Positions 26,227 through 37,800 of a stretch of 64,000 nt of DNA are shown piece by piece. Source of the DNA: Hypanus sabinus (lineage: Eukaryota); NCBI RefSeq assembly GCF_030144855.1, contig NC_082712.1:11966001-12030000 (forward strand). The letters run 5' to 3'. Positions within the stretch are counted from its first letter, which is position 1. Each line of letters begins with the position of its first letter. Under the pieces are notes generated by a model. The model had not been told where the DNA came from, searched no databases, and worked only from the letters and a program-made list of their open reading frames with translations. The position numbers and the translations under genes are program-made.

Positions 26227-26616
26227 CTGGTCTGACCTGCAACCGGATCTCACTCTGGAACACATGTATAAATGGAGGTGTGACGTGCTCTCTGTAGGAT
26301 GAATAATCATGCTTCATGTTCCTGAACTCAGCCAGACACAGGTAGCTGTGACTGTCCTCCACTCTCAGCTGCTTTATCCTGATCCAGGCGCTTCCCAGCT
26401 CTGGGTCCTCGACGAGCTCGTACCGAGTCACTCCGTTTTCCGCTGCCCACGATCCATTTCCATGGTGCCTGAATGTGACGATGATTCGGTAGGGATCCTT
26501 CCTCATCCACGTCACCGTGTGTGCGGTGAGGCTCTGCCGAGGCCGTGTGAACACACAGGGTAACGTGGCCGAAGCTCCCTCAGTTCCAGTCATCACAGAG
26601 ACACTCTCATTGGGAG
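26227..26616 (-). CDS. Exon 3: second V-set Ig domain (APNESVSV...ATLPCVF...VTWMRK...RYELV...SAWIRIKQLRVEDSHSYLCLAEF...EIRLQVRP)
   Basis: Acceptor cctgtccttccctcag|CT and donor CCAG|GTAAGA; 390 nt, phase 1-1, open. Cys...Trp...D-x-x-x-Y-x-C V-set signature. Lacks the Siglec Arg (YLCLAEF) and the extra Cys pair. Confidence 0.9.
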
Positions 26617-26899
26617 CTGAGGGAAGGACAGGTGCCAGAATAAATCGGTTAACCCTCAGCAAAAACGTTTAACACTGACAAAATTTCCAGCCAACAAAAT
26701 AATAAAAACTCCCCACAGCACCCTCCTGAATGAAAACGGCCCCACATGTGTCTCACTCATTAAAAACCATTCAAACTAGGGAAACTCTTTAGAACATAAA
26801 TCAGTCCCATCGGGCAGGAGATAAAGAAGCCTAAATCTCACACCACCACGTTCAGGAACAGCTAATTCCCTTCAGACATTCAGTTGTTGAAGCAATTGA

Positions 26900-27235
26900 C
26901 ACCATCACTAATCAGTGGAGTGTAACAACACCAATCAGTACAGTCTAACAACAACGACCAGTACAGTGTAACACTGGCCATTACAGGGAAACAGCACAAA
27001 TCAATACACTGCAGCAACACCAATCAGTACAGTGTAACAACACTGATCTGTACAGTGTGATATCACTAATCAGTACAGTGTGACAACACAATCACCACAA
27101 TGAAACAACACCAGTCAGTATTGTTTAACAACACTAGTCACTGTACTGAAACAACACTAATCAATACAGAGTAATAATACTGATCAATACAGTATAACAA
27201 CACCAGTCAGTCCTGTGTAATGGCATTAGTCACTA
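26900..27235. repeat. Degenerate ~23-bp minisatellite (aacaacaccaatcagtacagtgt)n in intron 2
   Basis: About 14 imperfect units, visible directly. Confidence 0.8.
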
Positions 27236-27417
27236 ACCTATTAACGTAGCTGAGGGAATATTTTGCATTATGAGCTGTGTGTGATGTGAGACTGTAGATG
27301 TTTTCTGGGTGCACCGTGATCCAGAGGAACACTGTTACATTTTGTTGTGGAGATGTACACTCAGACGACAATGGACATGATCTTCATCTGTACTTCATCT
27401 TCATCTGTATCTTCATC

Positions 27418-27672
27418 TACACTGAACCCACTCCAGTGTGATACTTACCGTACTGAAAGTGTTCAACACCCTGAGCTGGTGTGTTTGACAGGGAATCCTA
27501 CAGTGAACCCACTCCAGTGTAATACTTACTGTACTGAAACTGTTCAACAGCCTGAGCTGGTGTGTTCGAGAAGGAATTCTACACTGAGCCCTCTCCAGTG
27601 TAATACTTACTGTACTGAAAGTGTTCTACAACCTGAGCTGGTGTGTTTGAGAAGGAATTCTACAGTGAACCC
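27418..27672. repeat. 81-bp tandem repeat, three copies plus a partial
   Basis: Units start at 27418, 27499, 27580 and 27661 (tacactgaacccactccagtgtaatacttactgtactgaaagtgttc...gaaggaattc). Confidence 0.9.
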
Positions 27673-27719
27673 TGCTTTCTACAAAGATAGTGCACTGAGC
27701 TGTTTACTGTTTACCTGTG

Positions 27720-29640
27720 CTGCAAACTACATGCATTCTTAAAAAGTAGGGGTCCCAGGACAGATCCTTGTGGCACTCCACTACTCACCGACCTCCAGGC
27801 AGAATACTTTCCTTCCACTACGATCCTCTGCTTTCTTCCTGTAAACCAATTTTTTATCCAAACAGCTAAGGTTCCATTGATTCCATGCCTCATGACTTTC
27901 TGGATGAGTCTCTCATGGGGGACCTTGACAAATGCTTTGATAAAATCCATGTAGACCACATCTACTGCCCTACCCTCATCAATTTCTTTTGTTACCTCTT
28001 CAAAAAACTCAGTCAGGCTGGTGAGGCACAACCTTCCCTTCACAAAGCCATGTTGACTATCCTTGAGCAGACTGCACTTCTCCAAATGCTCACAGATCCT
28101 ATCCTTAAGAATCCTTTCCAATAGTTTTCAGAGCACCGACGTAAGACTCACCAGTCTCTAGTTCACAGGATTCTCCCTATTAACATTTTTAAACAAGGGG
28201 AACTACATTTGCCATTCTCCAATCCTCCGGCACCTCCCCTGCAGCCAAAGAGGATTCAAAGATCATATCTACTGTTCCAGTGATTTCTTCTCTCACCTCC
28301 CACAGCAACCTGGGGTATATCACATCCAGTCCTGGGGACTTATCAATTTTGATGTTTTTAAGAAGATCCAATATTTCTTCCTTAATCTCCACATTGTCCA
28401 GTGCACAGACCTGCTCTATTTCGATCTCACCCTGATCAAGGTCCTTTTCACTTGTCAATACTGAAGCAAAGTATTCATTTAGGACCTCCCCAACCTCCTG
28501 CGCCTCCAAGCACATATTGCCCTCCTTATCCTTTAGTGGCCCCACCTTTGTTCTATTCATCCTTCTGTTCTTCACATACGTGTAGAACGCCTTGGGGTTC
28601 TCCTTAATCCGACATGCCAAGACTTAGAGCTCTCCTCAGTCCTTTCTTAAGCACCTTCCTGGCTACCGTATATTTCTCATGAGCCCCTCCTGTTTCCTGC
28701 TTCTTATATCTAACATATGCTTCCTTCTTCCTCTGGACGAGTTGCCTCACGTGTTTTGTCAGCCATGGTTCCCTTTTCCTATCATTTTAAACTTGTCTCA
28801 GTGGGACAAACCTATCCTGAACACAGCACAAGTGGTCCCTAAACTTCTCCCACATTACTTCTGTGTTTTCACCCTTGAACATCTGTTTCCAATTTACTCT
28901 CGCTAGTTCCTGCCTCATCCCTTCATTGTTAGCCCTTCCCCAGTTAAGCACTTTCCCATTTTGTCAGTTTTTATCCTTTTCCATAGCTATGCTGAAGCTG
29001 AGGGAGTTGTGGTCAATCTCACCAAATGCTCCCCCACCAAGAGGTCTGTCACCAGACCAGGTTCATTACCCAGAACTAGCTCCAGTATGGCCTCTCCTCT
29101 CGTCGGCCAGTCCACATATTGTGTCAGGAATCCTTCTTGAACACACCTGACAAATTCAGCCCCATCTATCCCCCTTGCAGTTGGGTGATGCCAGTCAATG
29201 TGTGGGAAGTTGAAATCACCCATAACTACAACCCTGTATTTCCTGCACCATTCTAAAATCTGCCTGCTTATCTGCTCCTCGGTGTCCCGAGGGCTATTTG
29301 GGGGCCTATAGACTACTCCCAGCACAGCGATTGATCCCTTCCTATTTCTGACTTCCACCCAGACCAACTCAGTGGACATTCCCTCTGCAGCGTCCTCCCT
29401 TTCTATAGCCGTGATACTATCCCTGACCAGTAATGCTACTCATCTCCCCCTTTCTACCTCCCATTCTGTTCCTTTTAAAACAGCTAAACCCTGGTACCTG
29501 CATTAGCCAATCCTGTCCTTCCTCCAGCCAAGTTTCAGTAATGGCCACAACATCGTAGTTCCATGTACTGATCCATGCTCGAAGTTCATCCCCTTTATTC
29601 CTAATACTCCTAGCATTGAAATAGACACATTTCAACCCCT
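27720..29640 (-). mobile_element. CR1 ORF2 fragment (APE endonuclease + RT), several stops and frameshifts
   Basis: ORFs MKCVYFNARSIRNK..ITETWL, VMGDFNFPHIDW, IKENPKAFYTYVKN, SQHGFVKGRLCLT, VYMDFIKAFVKVPH, GVPQGSVLGPLLF. Confidence 0.92.
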
Positions 29641-30780
29641 CTAACTATTATTCTTAAACTGTGGCCTCTAGTTCTGGACTCACCCATCAGCCAGAACATG
29701 CTTCCTGCCTCCAGCATGTCCAATCCCTTAATAATCTTATATGTCTCAATCAGATCCCCTCTCATCCTTCTAAATTCCAGTGTATACAAGCCCAGTCACT
29801 CCAATCTTTCAACATATAACAGTCCCGTCATTCCGGGAATTAACCTTGTGAACCTACGCTGCACTCCCTCAATAGCAAGAATGTCCTTCTTCAAATTTGG
29901 AGACCAAAACTGCACACAGTACTCCAGGTGGGGTCTCACCAGGGCCCTGTACAACTGCAGAAGGACCTCTTTACTCCTATACTCAATTCCTCTTGTTATA
30001 AAAGCCAGCATGTCATTAGCTTTCTTCACTGCCTGCTGTACCTGCATGCTTACTTTCATTGACTGATGTACAAGACACCTTGACGTTCTGTATCTGTGTA
30101 CAGTCAGATGGCAATAAACTTGACCTTGATTGCTGCTTTTCTGATGCAACGCTCTGTGCCTGTGTTGCTGCGGCAACTGGATTTTCACTGCACCTGTGCA
30201 GACACGTAGGCAGACGTGCAATGAAAATCGTCCCTGCAGCAGCAAGTAAGTTCAGTTCCACTCACCTCATTACAGGAAGGATGAGGAAGCTTTCGAGAGG
30301 ATGTAGAGGAGATCTACCAGGATGCTGCCTGGACCAGAGAGGATGTTTAATGAGGAAAGGTTGAGCGAGCTGGAGACTTTCTCTTGGGAGTGAAGAAAGA
30401 TGAGAGGTGACTTGATAGAGGTGAACAAGATGATAAGAGGCATAATCGAGCAGACAGCCAGAGACTTTTCCTGGAAAGTATTGGGGGGATGTCAGAGGTC
30501 AGAGGCAGGTTCATTACACACAGAGTGGAGGGTGTGTAGAACAGATGGAGTTCAACCCAGATAAGTGTGAAGTGATTCATTCTGGTAGGTCAAATTTGAA
30601 TACAGAATATATGAATGGTAAGACTGGTGGCAGTGTGGAGGATGAGCTGGATCTTGGGGAGTCTGTCCATAGGACACTCAAAGCTGCTGCACAGGTTGAC
30701 AGTGGTGTTAAGAAGGTGTCTGGTGTACTGGCATTCATCAGCTGTGGGATTGAGTTCAAGAGCCCTGAGGTAATCTCTCT

Positions 30781-33700
30781 TTTTCAACAAACTATACCGA
30801 AGAGATTGACAGAGGAATACTTTGGGACTCTTTTAAGGCTTTTATTCATGGACAAATTATCTCATATTCTGCTGGGAAAAGAAAACAAAGATATTTAGAT
30901 ATAGCTTTATTGGTGGATAAAATTAAAGAAATTGATAAGATTTATTCCGTTACTCCTACCAAGGAACTTTATAAGAAGAGAGTTGAACTGCAAATGGAAC
31001 ATAGCTTACTGTTATCTTCTTCAATTGAGAATCAATTAATTAAGACCAGGGCTCAATTTTATATTCATAGTGATCGTACTGGTAAATTGTTAGCTAATCA
31101 ATTAAAAGCTATTTCGACTAAGCGACAAATTATTAAAATTTGTAAACAAGACGGTAATCTGACTACTGATCATAAAGAAATTAATAATACTTTCCAAGAT
31201 TTTTATAAATCTTTATATCAATCAGAATTTGATGGTGATATGTCTATGATGGATAATTTTTTTAACAATTTGAATATTCCCAAACTGACAGATGAAGATC
31301 GAAGTTTATTTGATGCTCCTATTTCTATGGCGGAGGTAGGAGAAGCTATTTCATCGATGAATTCAGGGAAAGCTCCTGGCCCCGATGGTTATATTATAGA
31401 ATTTTTTAAAACTTTTTCTTCTTTGCTTTCCCCTTGGTTATGTGAAATCTTTAATGATGCATTTATTAAGAAGAGACTACCCCAGTCTTTTTATGAAGCT
31501 ACTATTTCTTTAATTCTTAAAAAAGATAAAGATCCTACTTTATGTGCATCTTATCGCCCTATATCGTTACTAAATGTAGACTCTAAGATTCTTACAAAAA
31601 TTTTAGCTGTTAGGTTAGAAAAGGTACTATCACAGATTATTTCAGGAGATCAAACTGGTTTCATTAGGAACCGATACTCCTTTTTTAATGTTAGAAAATT
31701 GATCAATATAATTTACACTTCCTCACCCACAACCCCAGAATGTGTTATTTCATTAGATGCTGAAAAAGCTTTTGATAGAGTTGAATGGATATACTTATTT
31801 AATGCCTTGAAACATTTTAACTTTAGTTCTAATTTTATATCATGGATTAAATTAATATATTATAAACCTGTTGCTTCTGTCCTTACGAATAATTATAGAT
31901 CCTCTTTTTTTCAATTATCTCGTGGTACGAGACAAGGTTGTCCCTTAAGTCCTTTATTATTTAATATTGCATTAGAACTTTTAGCCATTGCTATTCGTGA
32001 ATCCCCTAATATTTTTGGTATTACCCGTAATGAGAAATTATACAAGTTATCGCTCTATGCTGATGACTTGTTGTTATATATTTCTGATCCTGATAATTCT
32101 ATTCCCGCTATTCTATCCTTGTTGGTTCAATTTGGTAGTTTTTCTGGTTACAAATTAAATTTGGATAAGAGTGAACTCTTCCCTTTAAATGCACAAACTT
32201 TACTGAATGACAGGATACCATTTAAAATTGTTACTGACAATTTTATTTATTTAGGTATAAAAATTACCAAGAAATATAAAGATTTATTCAGATTGAATTT
32301 TTTACCTATGCTTCATCAAATTCAACAACTTACTACTAGATGGTCTCCTTTATCCTTATCATTGTTTGGTCGGATCAATGCTGTTAAAATGATGATTTTA
32401 CCGAAATTTTTATATTTATTTCAAGCCTTACCAATTTTTATTCCTAAGTCTTTTTTTGATAGCATTGATTCAAAAATTTCCTCATTTGTGTGGCAAAATA
32501 AAAACCCCAGATTAAGTAAAAGACAGTTACAGAAATCTAAAAAAGATGGTGGTTTAGCTTTACCCAATTTTAGATTTTACTATTGGGCGAATAATATTCG
32601 GAATTTATTATACTGGAAATTAGATTTAGATTTACCATTGTGCCCACAGTGGGTAAATTTAGAATGTAATGATACACAAGGATATTCTCTATTTTCTGTT
32701 CTTGGTTCTTCTCTCCCTGTTGATTTAGTTAAACTTAATAAACAGATATCTAACCCTATTGTCAAACATACATACGAATTTGGTTTCAATTTCGTAAATT
32801 TTTTACTCTAAAAAACTTCGTTCTTGATAGCCCTATCTTAATTTTTTCTTTAAACCTTCTTTAATAGATCAAGCTTTTAGCATATGGAAAAGGAAAGGTA
32901 TAATATGTTTTCGTGATCTTTTTTCTGAAGGTAGTTTGATGTCTTTTGATCAACTTTCTAACAAATTTAAATTACCTAAATCTAATTTTTTTAGATATTT
33001 ACAAATTAGAAACTTTTTGCATAAAGTTTTACCATCCTTTCCTAATTCAACTTTGATAGATTTTTCAGATATGATTTTTACTTTAAATCCCTGTCAGAAG
33101 AGATTAGTGGCTCTTATTTATAATATGATTATGAAAATACAACCAGAGGTATCGGGTAGAATTAAACAGGAATGGGAAAAAGAACTTCAATACAATATTT
33201 CAACGGAAAAATGGGAAAAAATTTTACAAATGGTTAATTCTTCTTCTATATGTGCTAAACATGCTTTAATACAATTTAAAATTGTACATAGAGCTCATAT
33301 GTCTAAAGATAAGCTTGCTCGGTTTTATTCTCATGTTAACCCTCAATGTGACAGATGTCATTTAGATGTGGCTTCATTGACCCACATGTTTTGGTCATGT
33401 CCTACTTTACATAATTATTGGAAGGACATATTTGCTACCATTTCCTCAATTTGGAATATTGATTTACAACCTCATTTTATCACTGCAATTTTTGGTATAC
33501 CAAATGAAGATGATAGTCGATTCTCCCCTTCAATTAGACGAATGATTGCCTTTGTAACATTAATGGCCAGGAGATCTATATTACAAAATTGGAAAGAAAT
33601 AAATCCTCCTACCACATTTCAGTGGTTCTCTCAAACTATTTCTTGTTTAAGTTTAGAGAAAATTAGAAGTACTATTTTTGATTCATCAATTAAATTTGAA

Positions 33701-34112
33701 GAAACTTGGGGACCATTCATTCGACACTTTCATATGAATTAATTTGGCTTCTTCCGGACCTTTATTCTTATTATTCTTGTTCTGGTATGGAGTTCCGGAG
33801 TTTTTTGACACTATCATATACATATAAACTATTATTACTGCCCATGTTAGTTTAGTTTTTTTTCATTATTTTCTTAAATATACATTTTTTCTTGTATTTT
33901 ATACTTTTTTTTCTTTTGATGATTATTTTTAATCTTTTTCATGTATAATCAATGTAGATTAGATTGATTATTGTACGATCTTTTTTCGCTGGTAGTTTAA
34001 TAAGATATTTTTATCTTGTTACTAATTTAATTTCAAATCTATTGTATTCATAACCTATTTAATATAATATTATGTTTTTTTTATAAAAACTAATAAAAAG
34101 ATTGAAAAAGAA
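30781..34112 (+). mobile_element. 5'-truncated, AT-rich L1-clade LINE (ORF2 RT and Cys-rich C-terminus) with a 13-bp TSD (AGGTAATCTCTCT)
   Basis: 633-aa ORF 30910-32811 (KAPGPDG, YRPISLLNVDSKI, DAEKAFD, RGTRQGCPLSPLLF, YADD) and 268-aa ORF 32936-33742 (CDRC...LTHMFWSC). Tail aataaaaagattgaaaaagaa. TSD at 30768-30780 and 34113-34125. Confidence 0.95.
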
Positions 34113-34204
34113 AGGTAATCTCTCTAGAGTAGGTTACATGGTCAGTACAGCATTGTGGGCCGAATGGCCTGTAATGTGCTGTAGATTTCTGTTTCTATAT
34201 TCTC

Positions 34205-34460
34205 TGTAAGAGAGGATCACTGATCCTCCAGGTTCGGGGGTTCAGCTCAGGGTAACAACCCTGACGGGTAAAACAATGTTGTTATGGAAACTGCAATGGA
34301 GAATCCTTCGACATCTGAGTGTGACGGTATTCCTGAGTCCCACTCGGGAATTGTATGACTGACAGCAGTGAAAACCGAGAGGAAGCTACTGACACGATGA
34401 AGGAAGCCCTGAATGCTGCCAGAGATGGAGGCCCTTCATTGCTGACTGAAATGGCAGCAG
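34205..34460 (+). mobile_element. RTE-clade LINE 5' region
   Basis: ctccaggttcgggggttcagctcagggtaacaaccctgac..aaaac..gttatggaaac, typical of the RTE 5' UTR (from knowledge of the family). Confidence 0.55.
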
Positions 34461-34590
34461 NNNNNNNNNNNNNNNNNNNNNNNNNNNNNNNNNNNNNNNN
34501 NNNNNNNNNNNNNNNNNNNNNNNNNNNNNNNNNNNNNNNNNNNNNNNNNNNNNNNNNNNNNNNNNNNNNNNNNNNNNNNNNNNNNNNNNN
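34461..34590. other. Assembly gap (130 N) inside intron 2 of the gene model
   Basis: Run of n characters. Confidence 1.
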
Positions 34591-34922
34591 GGGGAGGGCG
34601 GAGAGTGGGAGGGGGGGGAGAGGGAGGGGAGAGGGAGAGAGACTCTTAGAGACTTGGATGATGTAAAAATGGAGGGCATGTGGGAGGCAAGGGGGAGAAA
34701 TTGATCTTGGAGCAGGTTTAAGGGTCAGCACAACATTGTGGGCTGAAGGGCCTGTACAGTGCTGTTGTTCTATGTGCTAGTGCACATGACAATCACATCT
34801 ATTTGACATGATCGTCCTGCAAAATATACTTGTACATTATGAATAAAATGAGCTTTCAGTGAGATGAAATGTGAAATGATTAGTGTAGTTTTACAACTCA
34901 ATGCTTAAACATCGATCCTCAC

Positions 34923-35306
34923 CTCCCACAGACAGATTTGTTAGAAGCACCGTTCGAAACTTGCCAACATTGAGCTCCACCCGGCACCAATACCGACCAC
35001 CGTCACTCCGGTTCAGTCGCTCCACCATTATCGAGGCATCTCTCCGACTGAGGTTCCCCACGAATCCGAACCGCCCTCCTCCAGCCTCCTGTGTCGTTGT
35101 ATCGCACCCGGAGGGGCCGGAACCGGGATATGTGCAGTTAAACACCAGTTTTTTAGCACCTGGTTCCACCCTGTACCAGATCACGGAGCCGTTCAGGGCG
35201 ACATCAGGAGGTGGGTGGGTGAAAGTACACGGTAACACACCAGAGGCTCCTTCCACCGCAGAGACCACATCAGCACCGGACATTGTCCAACCAGAGATCG
35301 AATAGT
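34923..35306 (-). CDS. Exon 2: N-terminal V-set Ig domain, Siglec-15-like (YSISGWTMSGADVV...LPCTFTHP...WYR...VFNC...GC...GRFGFVGNLSRRDASIMVERL...DGGRYWCRVEL...TNLSVG)
   Basis: Acceptor ctctctgtccccag|AC and donor GGAG|GTGAGG; 384 nt, phase 1-1, open. Canonical B-strand Cys, C-strand Trp and D-x-G-x-Y-x-C. Extra C'-C'' Cys pair and Arg directly after the F-strand Cys, as in Siglec-15 (human LPCTFTHP...VFRC...LC...GRFRLLGNPRRNDLSLRVERL...YFCRVEF, recalled from knowledge). Symbol left empty because orthology is untested. Confidence 0.92.
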
Positions 35307-35311
35307 CTGGG

Positions 35312-35495
35312 GACAGAGAGATAGTGAGAGTGTATGTGAGTGAGTGAATGAGAGAGTCAGAGAGAGAGATAGTGAATGAGTGTGAGAGAGTGAATGAGAG
35401 AGAGTGAGATAGAGAGAAACAGTGAAAGAGAGAGGAGGGAGAGAGAGAGGCAGTGATAGAGAGAGTGAGTGAGAAATTGAGTGAGAGAGAGAAAT
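35312..35495. repeat. Degenerate (GA)n/(CT)n tract abutting the V1 splice acceptor
   Basis: gagagatagtgagagtgtatgtgagtgagtgaatgagagag...; on the gene strand it forms a long pyrimidine-rich tract ending at ccccag|. Confidence 0.85.
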
Positions 35496-36087
35496 AGAGG
35501 ACAATATTTGAACAACAATCTGCTGAAGGAATTCAGCCGGTCGAGCTGCATCTGTGGGTGTGAAAAGACGTTGAAGTCTTGGTTTGCATCGGGACTGTTA
35601 GAGGAATGTCGAATGGCCAGAGGGAAAGGGGAAGTGAAACTGGAATCTGAGGTGATTGATGGACAGAGGAGGGGTGAGAGAGGAGTCAGAGGTGATAGAG
35701 GAGGGGTGGGACAGGATACTGAGGTGATTGATAGATTGAGGAGGGTGGACAGGAGTATCAGGTGATTGAGGATTGAGGTGGGGTGAGACGGGTCTGAGGT
35801 GATTGAGGTGGGGTGTGAGGTTAAGGGCAGGTTGTGCTGGGTAGGGAGGGGAAGGGGGATGGGAGATGTGGTAAGTGGTGACAGATGGAGAAGAGGGAAG
35901 GAAAGGAGATTCAGATGGAGAGAGGTGATTGTAATCAGTTGTTTGAGGGAGGACCACCAAGGACTCACTCTCCAGCCTGATACTCTGAGATGAGAATGGG
36001 ACCCACTGGGGGAGATGCGTCTGGCAGGTGGAACCGGGTCAAGCGTGGGGAAGGTGGGGAAAGTGGGTGAAAAATCTGGGAAACAGA

Positions 36088-36660
36088 CATGGAGATTCAC
36101 AAACCTGCCTGTCCAGGCAGACCCATTGTCTCTGCTTGCTCCTGCCCCACTGAACTCATTTCTGCCTATCTCGACTCTGTTTTATCTCCCCTTGTTCAAA
36201 CCCTTCCCACCTATGTCCGTGATTCTTCCCATGCTTTACATCTCTTCAAAGATTTCAAGTTTCCTGGCCCCCACCACCTCATTTTCAACATGGACGTCCA
36301 GTCCCTATATACCTCTATCCCCCACCAGGAAGGTCTCCGAGCTCTCCGTTTCTTCCTGGATTCCAGACCCAGTCAGTCACCCTCTACCATCACTCTTCTC
36401 CGCCTTGCGGAATTAGTCGTCACGCTTAACAATTTCTCCTTGGCTCCTCCCACTTCCTCCAAACTAAAGGTGTAGCCATGGGCACCCGCATGGGTCCTAG
36501 CTATGCCTGCCTTTTTGTCGGCCATGTGGAGCAATCTATGTTCCAAGCCTACACCGGTATCTGTCCTCCTCTTTTCTTACGTTATATCGACGACTGCATC
36601 GGCGCTGCTTCCTGCACACATGCTGAGCTCGTCGACTTCATTAACTTCACCTCCAACTTT
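36088..36660 (+). mobile_element. Penelope RT fragment
   Basis: IHKPACPGRPIVSACSCPTELISAYLD...MDVQSLYTSIPH...MGTRMGPSYA..LRYIDD. Confidence 0.9.
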
Positions 36661-37219
36661 ACAATAAATATACATAAAAGTTCAATTTGATAAGCAGTGC
36701 AAAGGTTTTGCTGTTGTCCGGGTGAGCCAAGGCCACGTGAGAAGCCAGTGAGATTGCATCCACTGTAGACCTGTTGTGGTGACGGGCAAATTGTCATGGG
36801 CCCAGGCTCTTCCTGAGGCAGGAGTGGATTCCAGCCAAGACCAACCTCTCAAGGCATTTCATGGCAGTAGATGTGAGTGCCACTGGGTGATGGTCGTTAA
36901 GGCAGCTCACCCTGCTCTGCCTGGGCACCGACCGGTCTGATGTTACCCTTTTGAAGCAGGTGGGGCCTCTGACTGCAGCAGTGAAGGATTGAAGATATCC
37001 TTCATCTTTCCCAACAGTTGATTGACACAGGCTTTCAGCGATCTTCCAGATACACCAGCAGGGCCTGACAACTACATGATCAGTAATGGATAGTCAGGAC
37101 TGAGAACAGGCTGTGATCCATAGGAGGGTCCAGGCTGGGGGGTTTATATGTGCAATAATGGATACTCAGGAGTGGGCTACACGCTGCGGTTGGTGCTGTA
37201 GAGACCGGAGTGGGGGTTA

Positions 37220-37800
37220 CGTCAGAATCAGAATCAGATTTAATATAGAAACAGTAGAATAGACAACGAGATTGCATCACTGTCGTATGTCATGAAATTT
37301 GTTGTTTTGCGGCAGCAGTTCAAGGCAATGTATAATAATAAAATCTATAAATTGCATATAAAATAAGGAAAGGAAATAAACAAGTTGGGCAAAAAGAGTG
37401 GAAAAATACTGAGGAAGAGCTCATGGATTCATTGACAATTCAGAAATCTGATGGCGGAGGGGAAGAAGCTGTTCCTGAGTCGGTGACTGTGTGTCTTCAG
37501 ACTCCTGTTCCTCCTCCCTGATGGTGGCAATGAGAAGAGGGCATGTCCTGGGTGCTGGGTCCGTAATGATGGATGCCGCCTTTTTGAGGCGTTGCATTTT
37601 GAAGGTGTCCTGGGTGCTGGGGACACCAGTGCTCACGATGGAGCTGACTGAGTTTGTAACTTTCTGCTGGTCTTTCTGACCCTGAGCAGTGGCCCCACCA
37701 GACCAGACGGTGATGCAGCCAGTTAGAACGCTCCCCAGGTATCTCTGTAGAAATTTGCCAGTGTCTCTGGTGACAAACCAGTTCACCTCAGACTCTTATT
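37220..37800 (-). mobile_element. Rex1/Babar 3' fragment with a (TTCTGA)n tail
   Basis: SVLTGCITVW...LKKAASII...HALFSLPPSGRR..RLRNSFFPSAIRFLN; tcagaatcagaatcaga at 37222. Confidence 0.85.

Noticed and set aside
26900-27680. Recombination signal sequences near the V exons (tacagtg and acaacacc in the 23-bp repeat)
   Set aside because: The heptamers lack the invariant CAC and no proper nonamer lies at 12 or 23 bp. Both V exons already include their G strand and end in splice donors, so they are not rearranging Ig, TCR or IgNAR segments.
34923-35306. V1 as NKp30, PILR, IgNAR or TCR V
   Set aside because: GSVIWYR resembles NKp30 and CRVEL resembles PILR. However, LPCTFTHP, the extra C'-C'' Cys pair, the GRF..GN..R.D.S..VERL strand and the TM LGxK motif all fit Siglec-15 better. 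There is no FGxG J motif. Formal phylogeny is still needed.
35969-36075. Exon-like segment (tgtttcccag| ... |GTGAGT) between the leader and V1
   Set aside because: It is 107 nt (phase 1 to 0), and all alternative acceptors also give non-multiples of 3. Inclusion would frameshift V1, so it is at most a cryptic exon.
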